Source: Mayamaea pseudoterrestris (taxonomy: Eukaryota). Taken from it: a stretch of 64,000 nucleotides of DNA. Positions 22,528-35,333 of the stretch are shown piece by piece; the stretch's first letter is position 1; the number at the start of each line of letters is the position of its first letter. Location of the stretch: assembly GCA_027923505.1 (NCBI GenBank), contig BROI01000003.1, positions 806,001 to 870,000 of the forward strand, read 5' to 3'. A program made the translations under genes and the position numbers. The notes below the pieces were generated by a model. It was not told the DNA's origin. It made no database searches and saw nothing but the letters and a program-made list of their open reading frames with translations.

Positions 22528-24307
22528 ATGACTGACAACATTCGCCTGGCAGATGCCTATGATACAGAATCACCAGAAATCGTCGACCATCGAATACTGG
22601 AATACAATCGAGCATACTTTGCCGACAAGGAAGCTCGGGATGCAGAAGCTGCGACCCAAACAGATGATGGAAGATTTTCCCAAACTATTAGAGGAAGTCG
22701 CCGCTCTAGTTCCAAACGAAGCAGTGATTGCAGTGAGTCAAGGATGGAACAGCGTCAGTCGCCTTCGCGTTCCCCATCAAAGTCGACTCGGCGCACACAA
22801 ACCCAGCCTACTACTGACGATGAAGACGCGCCAAAAGTCACTGCATCTCCGGTACAAGACACGGAAATGGAAGAATCTGCCCTTCGCTACTCAGTCTCGG
22901 AGCTGGTTGCGACTATTGGAGGTCAAGAGGAAGTGTCCAAGCTGCCGGCCGAGTTGCAGCGTAGAGTCTTGGACTTCCGTCTCGCACAGCAGAAGAGACG
23001 AGAAAAGTATGGACGCCAACAGAAGTGGGGTACGTTTCATTTCAACTTTGTTTCGTTTGTGATTTGAAAATTCTAGCACGAGGCGCGCGATCAACTCACC
23101 CACATCCTTCTCGATAGGCATTTTTGGTCTCTATGCCTACTTGTCGGAGCTCCGTATCGATCTCGAGTGGGCAGAGGATTCAGCTTGGCGACGCAAACAT
23201 TCACGTCCATATCTCAGCTGGACTGACTTTGAGCAGCTGCACAACAAGGGTGCCAACCGCCCGTGGTTCACCTACTCGCTTCTACTTGTCTGCACAATTA
23301 TGATGTTTGTCGAATTTGGGCTCGGCGGCTGGAAAATTGCTCCGCTTTCACAAAATCCAATGATTGGGCCGAGCGCTGAGGCTTTGATCAAGTCAGGCGC
23401 TAGGTACACTCCCTTGATTGTTGATGAGGGACAGTGGTTCCGCATCTTTTCGCCTCTCTTTCTCCATGCTGGCTTGGTGCATTTCTTTATCAACATGGCA
23501 GCACTGTGGTTTGTTGGAGCTGCAGTGGAGCAGACGCATGGGATGCTGAATGCAATGATCCTGTTTTTTGTTCCCGGTATTGGTGGCAATATATTGAGCT
23601 CCATTTGCCTTCCGAAATACATTAGCGTGGGCGCCAGTGGTGGTATTTTCGGTTTGATTGGCGGCTGTCTTGCAGATATTGCCATGCATTGGCAATTACT
23701 GTTCATGCGAACGGAAGATCGAGGAGATGAGGATGGAGCATCCGCTAGGAACCCACGAAAAGCGAACGTTGTCGCTATCATTTGGCTGGTCTTTGACATT
23801 CTGCTCAATATCATTATTGGATTCACGCCATATGTGGACAATTTCTGCCATCTTGGCGGGCTTGTATATGGATTTGCTTGTGGCTGGTCAGCGATTGAAC
23901 CTATGGCTGTCAAGTTCTTTGGTGTTCGCGACTCAAAGGTATCGAAAGTCTGGAAGGTTGCAGCGCGATTTTGTGGATTGATATTTAGCATGGTCTTGAT
24001 CATCGCTACGACGGGTATTTTAGCATCCATGGGCTCGGACAGCTCACCATGCAGTAACTGTCGGTACATTTCCTGCATTCCTTTTCCGCCGTTTCGTGAC
24101 GACAAGTGGTGGTACTGTGATGACTGCACGTTTGTAACGGCGTCGCTCTACAAGGAAGGCGATGATCCATCTGTTTTCACGAGAATTGAAATGACATGCC
24201 CCAACAAACAGATTGAAAACATTCCAATCAATTCAACTGACAGCACTGCTATAGGCAAACATCTGCCAACTTATTGTCGAGACTGGTGCGACGATAGGTT
24301 TGCTTAG
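22528..24307 (+). CDS. Rhomboid intramembrane serine protease; exons 22528-23029, 23118-24307
   Basis: NPMIGPS, WFR, FLHAGLVH..NM, catalytic GASG and HLGG; intron 23030-23117 restores the frame (KW-G-IFGLY). Confidence 0.93.
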
Positions 24308-24353
24308 CTAGTTTGGCGCGACGTTTGGATGTAACGTAATTGGGAATGTTACA

Positions 24354-25340
24354 CTAAAGGCGACTACTCATCTTTACGTTGTAGTTTTCTACGCTCGTTC
24401 TTGTTCGTTCCCATCCACCTTTGGTTGCAAGGAAGTGCAGCGTCCCTACACTGCTCGTACGTCCTTTACTCACTAAATCCACTTTAACCGTAATGATGGG
24501 GCTTTGTGCCGACATCGGTAACACTTGAACAAGCAGTTCCGCCTCGTGTTGGCTGGGAGACGACAAGTATTCAACATGGATCGAATCTAGCGTCGCTGCC
24601 ATGGTAGGATGAAGCTTAGTGATCGTCTCAGTCGCTGCCATCTCTATCAGTACGGCTTGACAGCCACCATGAATTGGTCCACCAAGACTGGCATGCTCTG
24701 GACCAACGCGAAAGGTTGCTCGTGTATCTGATACCATTTGAAAGGATTCAAAGAGGGTAGCCAATGGTCGAGGGTCGTGTGGCTGAGCGGCCGCAAGAAA
24801 GTTGTCAGCGTACCACTGCGCAATGTGGGATCCTCGTCGTGAAGTCATAAAGTCCATCAGTTGACCCATGGGCAGGAACTTAATATGAGATCCATGACAA
24901 ACCAATTCTCCAGTGCGTGTATCGGTGATTTCGGATTGGACAAATCCGAGATTGCGACCAACTTTTGTGATTTTGGCCGACACGTCCACCGAATCCGTGG
25001 GAAGGTGAGCGGCTGGACCCCACGAGGCGTCCAATGAGACACTGACTCCAGCTCGACCTCGCTCCTTGTCAGCCAATACAAACGCCCAAGTCGTTGTCTC
25101 GTCTATAATGGCGAGGTAAGTTGACAAACTCGTTGCGTTTCTCTGTGGCAGGAAGATTTGTGGCGAGATAGGCATGCGCACGTGAAAGGTATCCTTGTCA
25201 AAACTGAGTTCCTCTGGAGACAATTTGCTGTAAAACTCGGGCGTCAAACCCAAGTAATTGGCGAATCCAGGAGCTTTCTCCATTTTTGAAGCAACTTTTA
25301 GAACGTTGATAAGGCGAGAAACGGTTCGAGTGCGAGACAT
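24354..25340 (-). CDS. Double hot-dog (PaaI/ACOT13-like) acyl-CoA thioesterase with C-terminal PTS1 (SRL)
   Basis: GVSVSL, AKITKVGRNLGF, GSHIKF, second domain PIHGG..IHVEYL; ends KMSSRL. Confidence 0.82.
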   Translation of the reverse strand: MSRTRTVSRLINVLKVASKMEKAPGFANYLGLTPEFYSKLSPEELSFDKDTFHVRMPISPQIFLPQRNATSLSTYLAIIDETTTWAFVLADKERGRAGVSVSLDASWGPAAHLPTDSVDVSAKITKVGRNLGFVQSEITDTRTGELVCHGSHIKFLPMGQLMDFMTSRRGSHIAQWYADNFLAAAQPHDPRPLATLFESFQMVSDTRATFRVGPEHASLGGPIHGGCQAVLIEMAATETITKLHPTMAATLDSIHVEYLSSPSQHEAELLVQVLPMSAQSPIITVKVDLVSKGRTSSVGTLHFLATKGGWERTRTSVENYNVKMSSRL

Positions 25341-25802
25341 TAAAGACCGAGAAAATCTGCGTGACAGTGTGACAAGATTCGAATGTAGACCCGGACAACG
25401 ATTTCTATCTCAGCAGTAGCTACGTAGGCTATGACAGAGAGTTAAGTACATGAATGAATGACGCTGCCACCATCGTCTAGCGACCACAATTTCGGATATG
25501 CTTCCTCGTCGTTCCACCGCAAGTACCGGTCTGAAACGTCATTCTGTCGCACAATGACTGTTTAAAATTTCGAACATTCGAAATTTCGTCTCTCAACGCT
25601 TCGTCAAAGCCATCACGCTTTGCAACTCACCTCTTCACGCGCACTCCCAATTAAAGAAAGGAACACTCATTAAATGTTACTTACGTGTGGGTGATCATTT
25701 CGACGAAGAAAGTACTGAAGCAGCAAGAAAGCAAGCAAGCAAACCAGTAGAATTTTCCGATTCTCCGTTCTCCATTCACACTCGAATCAGACAGTAGAAA
25801 TC

Positions 25803-27431
25803 ATGGGAGTTGCTCCAAAAATTGTTCCGGTGCCAACCATGCTGACAACGGACACTGATGACAACACGGTTGAATCGGAGCTTACTGATCCTTTGGCGAC
25901 TTGGTCTGAAAACATTGCCAAGGTTGCTTCGAAGTGGAACCCATGCGTTTCCGATGCGAACGAGAAACCATCCAGCGCCTCTCATAGTTCCGATACTCAG
26001 ACTGAATCCGAAACAGAGACTGAATACGAAACAGAGTCGGAAGATAGCAGTGACGGTAACTCGAGCGAGAGCGATGACCGCGACGAGGAACGTATCAGAC
26101 GACGACAGCAACCGTCCCTCCGCACAAAGAAAACGAAAGTTATGAGGACATTACGTGACAATGACGACGACACGACAATCTTCGATCCGGTCCAAGTCAT
26201 TTTTGACTTTGTTGGATGGTTGCTGGAGACTACAGCCGCCACTACGACTAAAGGCACGGAAGGGTGGTCAAATATGCTTGCGGTTTCTGATGCGGAATTA
26301 CTTCACGACGATGTTACAGACGAGGATCCAACGTCAAAGAGGATACCAAAAGAGCTTGTCAAGAATACTAGTCACCTGGACATAAATGAAACTCTTTCGG
26401 AGAGTGGGTGTCACCTTGATCCTGAGATCGGAGAACTGCAACCTGATCATGTCGTCGTTGCGACGGAGGTAAGATGTGTGAGATGTATGGAATGATCGTT
26501 CCTTCTAGCAGTGATCAAAGTACCTGATCAAGAATTCATCTTCTTCTCCAATTAGGCTCTTGCTTTAGGTGACTTTAACGCTGATTCGGCGGCCATTCCG
26601 AAAATGATTCGCAACAGCTTTGTCGGTACTATTCATCATTCTGGACCCGAAGCGAAGGTAATTGGCCTCAAGCATGGCATGCGCGTCGCTTCGATCGCCC
26701 AGTGCGAGTTCAACTCCAAGTATGTGTCAGTGCCCGTCGAAAACTTGTACGTTGTACCAAAAGCTCTTGACGCAGCCGAGATGGCTGTACTCTTTGCGTA
26801 TTATTTACCAGCCTTTGAGGCACTGCACCACGGACGAACGCGACCGTATCGATTCTCCCGGAATTGTCTCAAGGGTCGAAAGATACTGGTCACTGGCGGC
26901 AATCAGCTGGAAGCGCAAGCTGTACTCCGCCTTGCTCGTTTGGCTGGTGCGACTGACTTGTTCATGACGGCGCCACTTGATTATCATTCTGTGCTGGGAA
27001 AAATTGAAGGAGTCAAGCTACTCGAAGATTTTCCAAAAGACGAGTGGCTTTCGGTCGTTCGAGGCAAAATGGATTTGGTGATTCACTATGAATTCCCAAC
27101 AAGCCTCAAATCGGTGCGCAAGGCCATGGCCCGAAAGGGCCGGCTTGTGTGCGTCCAAAACAAAAAGAAACCGCTGCTTAACAGTGTATTTGAGCAATTT
27201 CGCGTCTCCTCTGTAAAGCGCGCGTCATTGTTTGACTACTCAGAGAATTTAAAGATGGGTCTGGAGGAGGTCCATGAGGATGTTAAATTTCTTCTAGAAC
27301 AGCTTTCACAACGAAACATTCGACCCGCCATTGATCGATTCATTGACCTAAGCGACGTTCCGTCAACTACGGAGAAAATCATAGGAACCCCTTTGACGGG
27401 TGCGGTAGTTTGCGAGATCCGAAAGAAGTAA
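25803..27431 (+). CDS. Divergent medium-chain dehydrogenase/reductase (quinone oxidoreductase-like) with acidic N-terminal extension; exons 25803-26468, 26556-27431
   Basis: GroES-like FVGTIH..G..V..LKHGMRVAS, VPKALDAAE, YLPAFEALH, Rossmann-like KILVTGG; intron 26469-26555 in frame. Confidence 0.72.
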
Positions 27432-27762
27432 GCAATCGATTGCTGGACTTGCTGTGTATCTGTGTTGAAGCTCGCTTCAGAGGAAGCGGCTTCCGATACC
27501 CTTTCCATTTTGTAAAATAATGAAAGCGTTACGCGCGTTTTTAGGCCATACAAGAAATACTACGAGTAAAGTCATGTTGCTGCGTATGAGGCCAGCCTTC
27601 CGTCTCGCAATCTATGCAAGCTTCAAACTAGAAGCACTAGGTGATTAATAGTCAAAAGTATTGATAAAATCATGAATTTATAGCCGTGCGGGAAAGGAGA
27701 GTCGTTTCGTTAAAGTTGAAGCGTCACGTCGGCATATTAGCCTCTCTGCAGGCGGCATTGCC

Positions 27763-29447
27763 CTACATTTGCATGGGCTCGACGCGCGCCATGTCATCCA
27801 ACTGCAGTCCAATGCCTCGAGCGCTGTCCTTGGAGCGATGAAGGGCATCGGGGTCGCAGTTGCTCGCAAGCCAAGGATGGGTTAGAGCTTGCTCCGCCGT
27901 GTAGCGATACTCAATATTATAAGACAAGAGGCACGAGACAAACGCCATGGCCTCGTCCGAAACGTCGCGAAAGAGCTCGTGTGGGAACGTATATTCGCCC
28001 TGGACAATTGAAGCTTTGATCGCTTCGTCATTCTTGCCGTAAAATGGCGGCGCTCCGCTGAGTAGCATGTATACAATAACTCCCAAGCTCCACAAGTCGC
28101 ACGCTTCCGTGTACGACTTCTTCAGCACTTCAGGGGCGACGTAATAGCTGGAACCAACGACGCGGCTTAATCGTTGACCTGGCGAAAAGTGCGTCGATAG
28201 CCCAAAGTCAATGAGCTTGAGTGGGCTCCACACATCCTTGCCCGACTCGAGGACCCAATTTTCCAACTTGAGATCACGATGACATATATTCTTTGAGTGC
28301 AAGAACGCAACACTGGAAAGCATCTCTGAGACAGTCTTGGCTACAAAAATAAGAAGATGGAGGAAGAAAGTATGTGTAAGACAAGGTCCCGAGTAGGAAA
28401 TAGGAAGAGTCGAGGCACAACATTCATCATCGTACCTGCATATGCTTCCGTTACTCCATGTTTGGGATGTGTCGTAAGCAAATGAAACAAATCCCCACCC
28501 CTTCCAAGTTCAGTTATTATAAACAACTCATTGTCGACACAAAAGACATCAAACAGTCGAATGACATTCGTATGTCCGCGAAGCTCACGCAATACATTAA
28601 CCTCCTCCTGCAATTTGCTAATGTACTTGGGATCATTTCGAAGCATGACGCACTTGCAGGCAAACTTTTTGCGCTTGCCCGATCGTCCAATGGCATGTCC
28701 TTCTGGTTCGCCTCGACTGGCGATGCAGACTTGTCCATAAGAGCCCTTACCAATGACCAAGTCGCGGTGCAGCAAGTACGCTGGACGGAGCTGCTGCTGT
28801 CGCTGTGAAGCTTCCGATGGCTGCGGCGAGTCCGCTGTAACGGCAGGGGGCGGGTACGTTGGTTGGAGCATGGTTGCTTCCGGTGGAGTACTTGAGGCAG
28901 CCAATGGATCGCGGTAGTGCTGCTGCTGCGATGTTTGAGGGGGTGGAGCGTAGTGACTTGCTGGGTAGTGCGGCTGCTGCGAATGCTGGCTCATGGGAAC
29001 ATTCGCTGGTCCAGACGGTCGCGACGAAGAAGTCGAAGTAGAGTATGGAGAGGTTGCCATGGGACGGTGCTGCTGGCCTGAAGACCCCCGACGCTGAGCG
29101 TCACGGCTCGAAGGCCGTCTCCCATGTTCCTCTGGCATTGCTCTTGTCGAACGATCGTAGGCCTTGCTGCTGCTTGATGAAGGAGGCTGATAGGACGCAG
29201 GAGGCTGAGAGTATTTGCTCGAATGGTGTTGCTGTTGATGTTGATTGAAATCGACGTCCATATTGACAGCAGTCGCATCATATCCACCCATTGCTTGTTG
29301 ATGCTGCTGGTAGGCTCCAGATCCAGCAGCCGAGGGCATTTCGGTCCTTGGAGGAGATGGGAATTCGGACTGATGCTGAGGAGGTTGTCTTTCGTCGGGT
29401 TGAGATGTATCACTTTGACCAAACCCCCGACGAAGCCACTTGCTCAT
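27763..29447 (-). CDS. CDPK/CAMK-like Ser/Thr protein kinase without EF hands; exons 29447-28436, 28340-27763
   Basis: GKGSYG, FACK, HRDLKLEN, DFG, GSSYYVAPE, DLWSLG; intron 28341-28435. Confidence 0.93.
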
Positions 29448-30934
29448 CGTCTGCTAGCGAAAATAGAGCGAGGGAGCGAGGAGAAAAATCCTCGCAAGCA
29501 CTGCGTCTTCCGACACTGTAAGCTAGCGTATTCGTCTTTGCGAGTTACAAGGACTTGACCTCACGCTTGCTCAGTCCGACTTCGTCAAGTTTAGAATGCA
29601 CCTTGAGTCTTCGTTCCTCACCTCGTTGCAGCGTAGCTCTGGGTTCGCTGACGGCAATGGATGGCAACCGATCAAGTTGCTTGCCTTGCCTCTACAACGA
29701 CGATACAATCTGGAAGCTCGCAACGACAGCTCCGACTCTCTATTGCAATGTTGTTAAAGGATTGCAAGGTCGTTCGATACAAGTTACAGCGATGGAACCT
29801 CCAAGTAGCAGCCAGTCGAGCTCTTTTTCGATCAAGTGGTGAAAATGTGTTGACGGTTTCCGGTCAAGACGCGTTGCCGCAAAACCAAAGTCGGTCCCCA
29901 CTTACGCAATAGCCGGCTGGCGTAACGGCTATTCGTGGAATAATAGGGGAGGACTGCCAATGCCGGCGAAAGATACCCCTCGCTGTTTTCTCGAGTGGCG
30001 AGGAGGGGCGATCCAATGGCGAGACTGAAATTTAGGGATGACCAAAAGAGAGACGACGCGCGAAATTTTGGTAAGGACAAGGATGAATCATGACCGAAGC
30101 GTTTCAATAAAGTAAAAGTAAGACCGTATGAATGGGTGAGGTGCAATCATTCTTACAGTTCCCGCCATTCGCACCTCAGCATAGCTCCTCCAGTCAAAAT
30201 GACTCATACTCTCGCCCCATGACTCCTTTACATATAATCGTGCGATTGCGACAAAAATGGCTGTCATTACTACTCATCACTTACCAGATACCGTAGTTAT
30301 ACTAGGTATTTGTTAGATTGAAAGCTCAATGTTCAATGAAAGAAAGCTATGGTTGTCTGATCCCTCGTTCATCGTCGGTGTCCGACGACCAATCCATGGA
30401 CATCCGTCCACGCTTTCACGTCAGTTGAGACCTTCCGTTTCTCCTAAGGCTATACAAACATCTTCCTAGAATATGTCACAAGCATTGGCATTTAGAATTA
30501 TGAGCGATGAAGGCTTAAGCTGACCACGACTCACGATATCATTGGCTCGTCGAAACAAAAAGTCACCATTTTGGGCTCGCCTCGCGTGCTGGAAGGAGAA
30601 ACCGACGAAAGATACCTTCGACTGAAGCCTCTCGACCAACCATGAGAGGCGGCGGTGCGCATTGGATCTCATCCATGGTCAGTTATTTTCCTCCGTCATT
30701 TGTTTTGTTGCTGCCAATCAATCATTGGACAGTTTTTAAAGCAGCTGCACATCAAGGCTTGAGGGTCTTATAGCAGTAGCAGTAGCATTGGCATTGGATT
30801 TTTCCTCCGTCGTTGCGGTTCATCGATCGGATCATCGCCTGGAGAACGACATTCCATCTCAGTAACCAACCAACTGCTGTCTCGTCTCGTGACAGCTCTA
30901 CAACGCCGGCAGCAGAACACTTTAAATATACGCA

Positions 30935-33289
30935 ATGATTCTTGAACTCGAAAATTGGTATCTCGGCTACCAACAAATTTTGACGGATTGTCGGCCCGAC
31001 GAGGATGGAGTCTCAGGATCCGTTCTTCTGCTTTGTTCTGCCGATGTTGATGCCATGGCGGGCGCTCGCATTTGGACCTACATGCTTCGGAACGATGGTA
31101 TTTCGTATCAGATGCTTCCATGCATGAGCTACAGTCAGCTTGAAGCATCAGTGGCGGACAAAACCGCGGATGACGTGCGTGCAGTCGTTTTGATGAACCT
31201 TGGTGCCTCGAGGAACTTGACTCGGCTCTTTGAAAAGGGATTGAATGCTTCCGTCAAGGTGTACGTCTTGGATTGTCGAAGACCTGTGCACTTAGCTAAT
31301 GTACACGCTGGAAACAATGTGGTTGTCTTCTTTGACTCGGTGCAGAATGATGATGTTCCGAGCGATGGTGACAATTTGTCCGGCAATGAAAGCTCGTCCG
31401 ATGAGGAAGAAAGCGACGACGAGGACGATGCAAGCTCGGATGATGAGGGCGAGCATGAGTTTGACGACGAGAGAGATGAAGGTGAGACTGAGTTTGAAGC
31501 TGGCGACGCCGCCAATCCGCAGGACGAAACAAACTCTGCGGAAGGAGACGATGAACCTCAGGATGGACTCGACTATGACGGAGAGGACGAGAGCGAAACT
31601 GAGGGACCAGTGAAGCGACAAAAGACTGGTAAAGCAGGTAAGGGTCGCGATGACGATCTTGATTCAGGTTCGGACGAAGAGTCGGCCGTTGGAGGCAAAG
31701 AAATGACGGCCAGTACAGCACCAACGACACAACTAGGCTCGCTCCCTGCAATGACCCCACGTGAGATGCATCAGGAACGCCGTAATCGTCTTCGTACCTA
31801 CTACTCGAGCGGATCTTTTTACGGCTCGCCAGCTGCGTACATTGCCTTCCGTGTTTCAACGCAGTTGCGTTTTGGGGACAATGGTGACTTGCTTTGGTTT
31901 GCTTGGTATGTTAATCCCATTCCGATGTTCTTGATTGTCTACTCTTTCTCTGCTCACGAAACTTTATCTCGGGTCGACTCTTTTTTGCTTAGTGTTGGAG
32001 TCACGGATGCGTATCTTCACTCTCGCCTTGATATTACCGGCTACACAACGCTCGCAATGGACTTGCGCAGCCATTGCAACCGACTTTTCCCCAATGACAT
32101 GTTTCACCAAGTAGAAAACACAGTGTACGCAGAGCACTTGTCGGGAGCTGCAACAAATAGTGCAACACTGACAAAGATTAGTTTCACTGGGAGTGGGCGA
32201 ATCCTTTCTGAGCCCGACTTTCGGTTCTTTTTGCTGCGACACACTTCCTTATTTGACGCCATGGTGTGTTCTGACTTCATCTCCACGCGCTTTCAGCTGT
32301 CAACGAGTGAAGGGATGCACAAGTTGCAGGAAATGTTGGCAAAAATGGGTTATCCATTAGAAGAATGTTACCAACCTTTTGCGTTTATGAAGCCAAAGCT
32401 GCGCCGACGTTTGCGGACTCAGATTCGCGATCATGCCGAGGAATATGGGCTTGAGAATTTTGAATTTACAAGCTTCTTTCGCGTCACGGGCTATCAATCT
32501 TTGTTATCTGCTTCCGACACGTCGTATGCGGTGACGGCGCTGTTAGAGTACGATAGGTCAGTGCCAGGCCCAAAGAATTTAAGCGCCGAAGCTGAGGAAG
32601 CGGCAGAGTCGCTCCAAGCGTTTAATCTGGCCTTTGACGCTCTCAGCAAGAGCGAAGCATCAGCCGTCACACTTAATGGACTCTCAGGTGAAGGCACGAA
32701 TATGTTGGGACTGGTAAATGGGGGCAACCTTTCTGGCACGACGGGACTTGGAGCAGGTATTCGCTTGGCAATGACAATGCAACGAACGATTATGGCGACC
32801 GCAGCAAGTTTGATTGAGCGCCATGCAATAACTCGGCTTTCACACTTCCGGTATGCATACCTTACTTGTACGAGTCAGAGTGAGAACCAAGGACCGGGTG
32901 GAAACGACCTCACTCCAACCAATCGCCTACGAGCAAGCGAGGAGGAGAAAAGGCATCTTTTTGCCAAGCCACTTGCGCTCACTCGACTTGCGCACTACCT
33001 CATGGATTTGCATCGTGAGAATGAAAAATGGACGGGGAGCAAAGCACGTCCTCTCATTCTCGTGGCAGAGAAACCAAGGACAAACACTTATCTTGTCGTT
33101 GGATACGAATATACTGAGACGCCAAGCCTTTTCGTCAAGAATCGGTTCGGAAACAACTTTGAGCTTGTTGCGCAGTCGATGAATGGAACTTTCAAGTTTG
33201 ACAGTTTCGATAAGAATGTGGCGGAAGTAGGTGCAGCTGATGTGCAACGATTCATCGAGCAGCTGCATTACCTTATGGATTCGTTGTAA
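30935..33289 (+). CDS. CDC45: Replication initiation factor CDC45; probable intron 31906-31992
   Basis: DVDAMAG, NLGA, DCRRPVHLANV, LLWFACVGVTD (after splicing), RFFLLRHTSLFDAM, LAKMG, SASD, NRFG, FDSFD. Confidence 0.95.
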   Translation: MILELENWYLGYQQILTDCRPDEDGVSGSVLLLCSADVDAMAGARIWTYMLRNDGISYQMLPCMSYSQLEASVADKTADDVRAVVLMNLGASRNLTRLFEKGLNASVKVYVLDCRRPVHLANVHAGNNVVVFFDSVQNDDVPSDGDNLSGNESSSDEEESDDEDDASSDDEGEHEFDDERDEGETEFEAGDAANPQDETNSAEGDDEPQDGLDYDGEDESETEGPVKRQKTGKAGKGRDDDLDSGSDEESAVGGKEMTASTAPTTQLGSLPAMTPREMHQERRNRLRTYYSSGSFYGSPAAYIAFRVSTQLRFGDNGDLLWFAWYVNPIPMFLIVYSFSAHETLSRVDSFLLSVGVTDAYLHSRLDITGYTTLAMDLRSHCNRLFPNDMFHQVENTVYAEHLSGAATNSATLTKISFTGSGRILSEPDFRFFLLRHTSLFDAMVCSDFISTRFQLSTSEGMHKLQEMLAKMGYPLEECYQPFAFMKPKLRRRLRTQIRDHAEEYGLENFEFTSFFRVTGYQSLLSASDTSYAVTALLEYDRSVPGPKNLSAEAEEAAESLQAFNLAFDALSKSEASAVTLNGLSGEGTNMLGLVNGGNLSGTTGLGAGIRLAMTMQRTIMATAASLIERHAITRLSHFRYAYLTCTSQSENQGPGGNDLTPTNRLRASEEEKRHLFAKPLALTRLAHYLMDLHRENEKWTGSKARPLILVAEKPRTNTYLVVGYEYTETPSLFVKNRFGNNFELVAQSMNGTFKFDSFDKNVAEVGAADVQRFIEQLHYLMDSL

Positions 33290-33367
33290 TTATCTAACTA
33301 CTATAAGGCACACCGGTAAATTTCAACACTTGATATTTTAAAACACTGCAGAGTGATGGAAAAATAC

Positions 33368-35333
33368 TTACATTCCATTGGCGATCGCATTTTGAACATC
33401 TTCTACCGTGACAATCACTTCTTCGGGTGCATACGCTGGCATACGAGACGAGCCCGGACTGAGCACCTTGATTGGGCTCATGGTACCTCGCGAGGCAGTG
33501 TCGTCCCAAATAGCTCGCTTTCGCATTTCAGAGCGCACTCCCGTCAGTAGCAGCTCCGCAATGCAGCCATTACGATCGGCTCGCCAATCAGGGTCCGTGT
33601 TCGACTTGACGAGACTCTCAATGTACGGAATTGTCACTCCTTCTCCCGGAACCAATCCCTTGTCCGTTAGCTTGGCCAAGAACATGCGCGCAATCTGTTC
33701 CGATGTTGGGTCGGGAAATTGAATTGTCGTCAAGAAGTGTCCTTTGAATCCAATGTCGCTCGACAACACTCGCTGCAAGTCCAAGGGCGATCCGGTCAGA
33801 ATGACAAGTGGACTACCCGAGGGCAGCGATCGAGCAATTTCTCGCAAAGCTGCAGCGCCATGGTCACGTCCTCGTGGGCGAGCCGTGGACGGCAGCAACA
33901 TGTAGGCCTCATCAACATACAGGACGCCACTTATAGCTTTCTCCATCACCTTGCGCGTCTTGAAGACAGTTCGGGCTTCGCTCTTGGGGTCAACCAGGTC
34001 GTCCCTGCTCGCTTCGACAAAGTTGCGGCTCTTGACAGCGCCGATATCGTAGAGAATACCTGCAAGTTTGCGGGCAACTTGTGACTTGCCTGTGCCTGGG
34101 TTTCCGATAAAAGCCAAGTGTCGCGGCACGCGGGAAAGGGCACCGTCTTGAGTAGCTTCAATCTCCAAGGTACGACGCAGGCCGCGAATCTGATTCTTGA
34201 CCGTTCCAAGCCCAATCACATCGGCAAAAGCTTGTTCGACAGGATCATCAGGCGGGCATAATGAATCCTCAATCAACTGAGCTTCCAGTTCTTCGTCGCT
34301 GACTCCAGGTGGAGTAGCTTCGTCGGCGTAAGACTTTCGGACCTGGCGAAAGGCGAGACAAGGATAGAGCCAATGTCAGCATGAAATTTCTATCATGGCG
34401 ATGTGCAGCAAGAAACAAGAATACGCAAATTCAATCTCCTCTTCTTCCGTACCTGAGTAAGCAAACCGTCAATATCATGGACCGACTTGGGGTCAATCCC
34501 CGCACTATACAAGGCATGCGGCTGCTTCTCCTTAATCTCCATCAACATGGTCAACACAATATCCCGATCCTCCCCAAGTCCATCATGCTGCTCTAAACAT
34601 CGCTGCAGTTCCTTCTCCATGCGCTCGCATTTAATCTTGGCCGCGACCAAAACTTCGTCGTCGTTCGGTGGCACCGACTGTCCCTGCAAAAGTGCGACAA
34701 CATTTGGACTGGCGCCATCAGCAATGGCCAGATCCAATGGAGTATTGTTGTCGTTATTCTTTTGCAAGGCGCCGTCCGGATAGGCGTGATACAAGGCTTC
34801 GACAATGGGAAGTGGAGCATTGTAATGAGCTGCGTAATGCAAGGGCAAATTGCCGTGATTGTTCTTGGATGCTGCGCCTTCAGGATATACTTTGAGCAGA
34901 ACTTTCATGACATCAAGGGGTCCCTTTTTCCATGCCGTAAAGTGGAGGGGAAGGTTTCCGTAATTGTTAGTCATTGAGGCAGCTTCAGGGTATGCTTCCA
35001 GCAACGCTTCGGCAACGTCAAGCGGTGCTCGAAAGGAAGCGGCAGAATGGAGAGGAAGGTTACCGCGATCATTCTTGATCTTTGATTCGTTTCTTTAGTT
35101 TATAATGAGGTGATTGTTGTAAGCAAATTGATGTATAATTGATATAAAATCGGACTACATGAAGCGAAACGAAGGACTCACCTAGACGTTGGATCCTTGG
35201 CTCGAGCAATCGCAGCCTTCCATCCCTTTGCTATTTCATGAAGTTCAATAAAGCTTCCATTCTCGGCTCCAGCAAAAGCTCCTGCCGTTGTTGAGTCTTG
35301 CTCGGGCGAAACAAGGTTGGGAGCAACCATCAT
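33368..35333 (-). CDS. Ankyrin-repeat + CbbX/SpoVK-like AAA+ protein, paralog A (~588 aa); exons 35333-35182, 35092-34453, 34342-33368
   Basis: Four GNLPLH/TPLDLA ankyrin repeats; VIGLGTVKNQI, HLAFIGNPGTGKS, GVLYVDEAY, IQFPD. Introns 35093-35181 and 34343-34452 are GT-AG and frame-preserving. Confidence 0.88.

Noticed and set aside
23272..24129. Long antisense ORFs (also 60544-61392, 7012-7647, 48541-49062)
   Set aside because: Shadows of well-supported genes on the opposite strand, with no motifs of their own.
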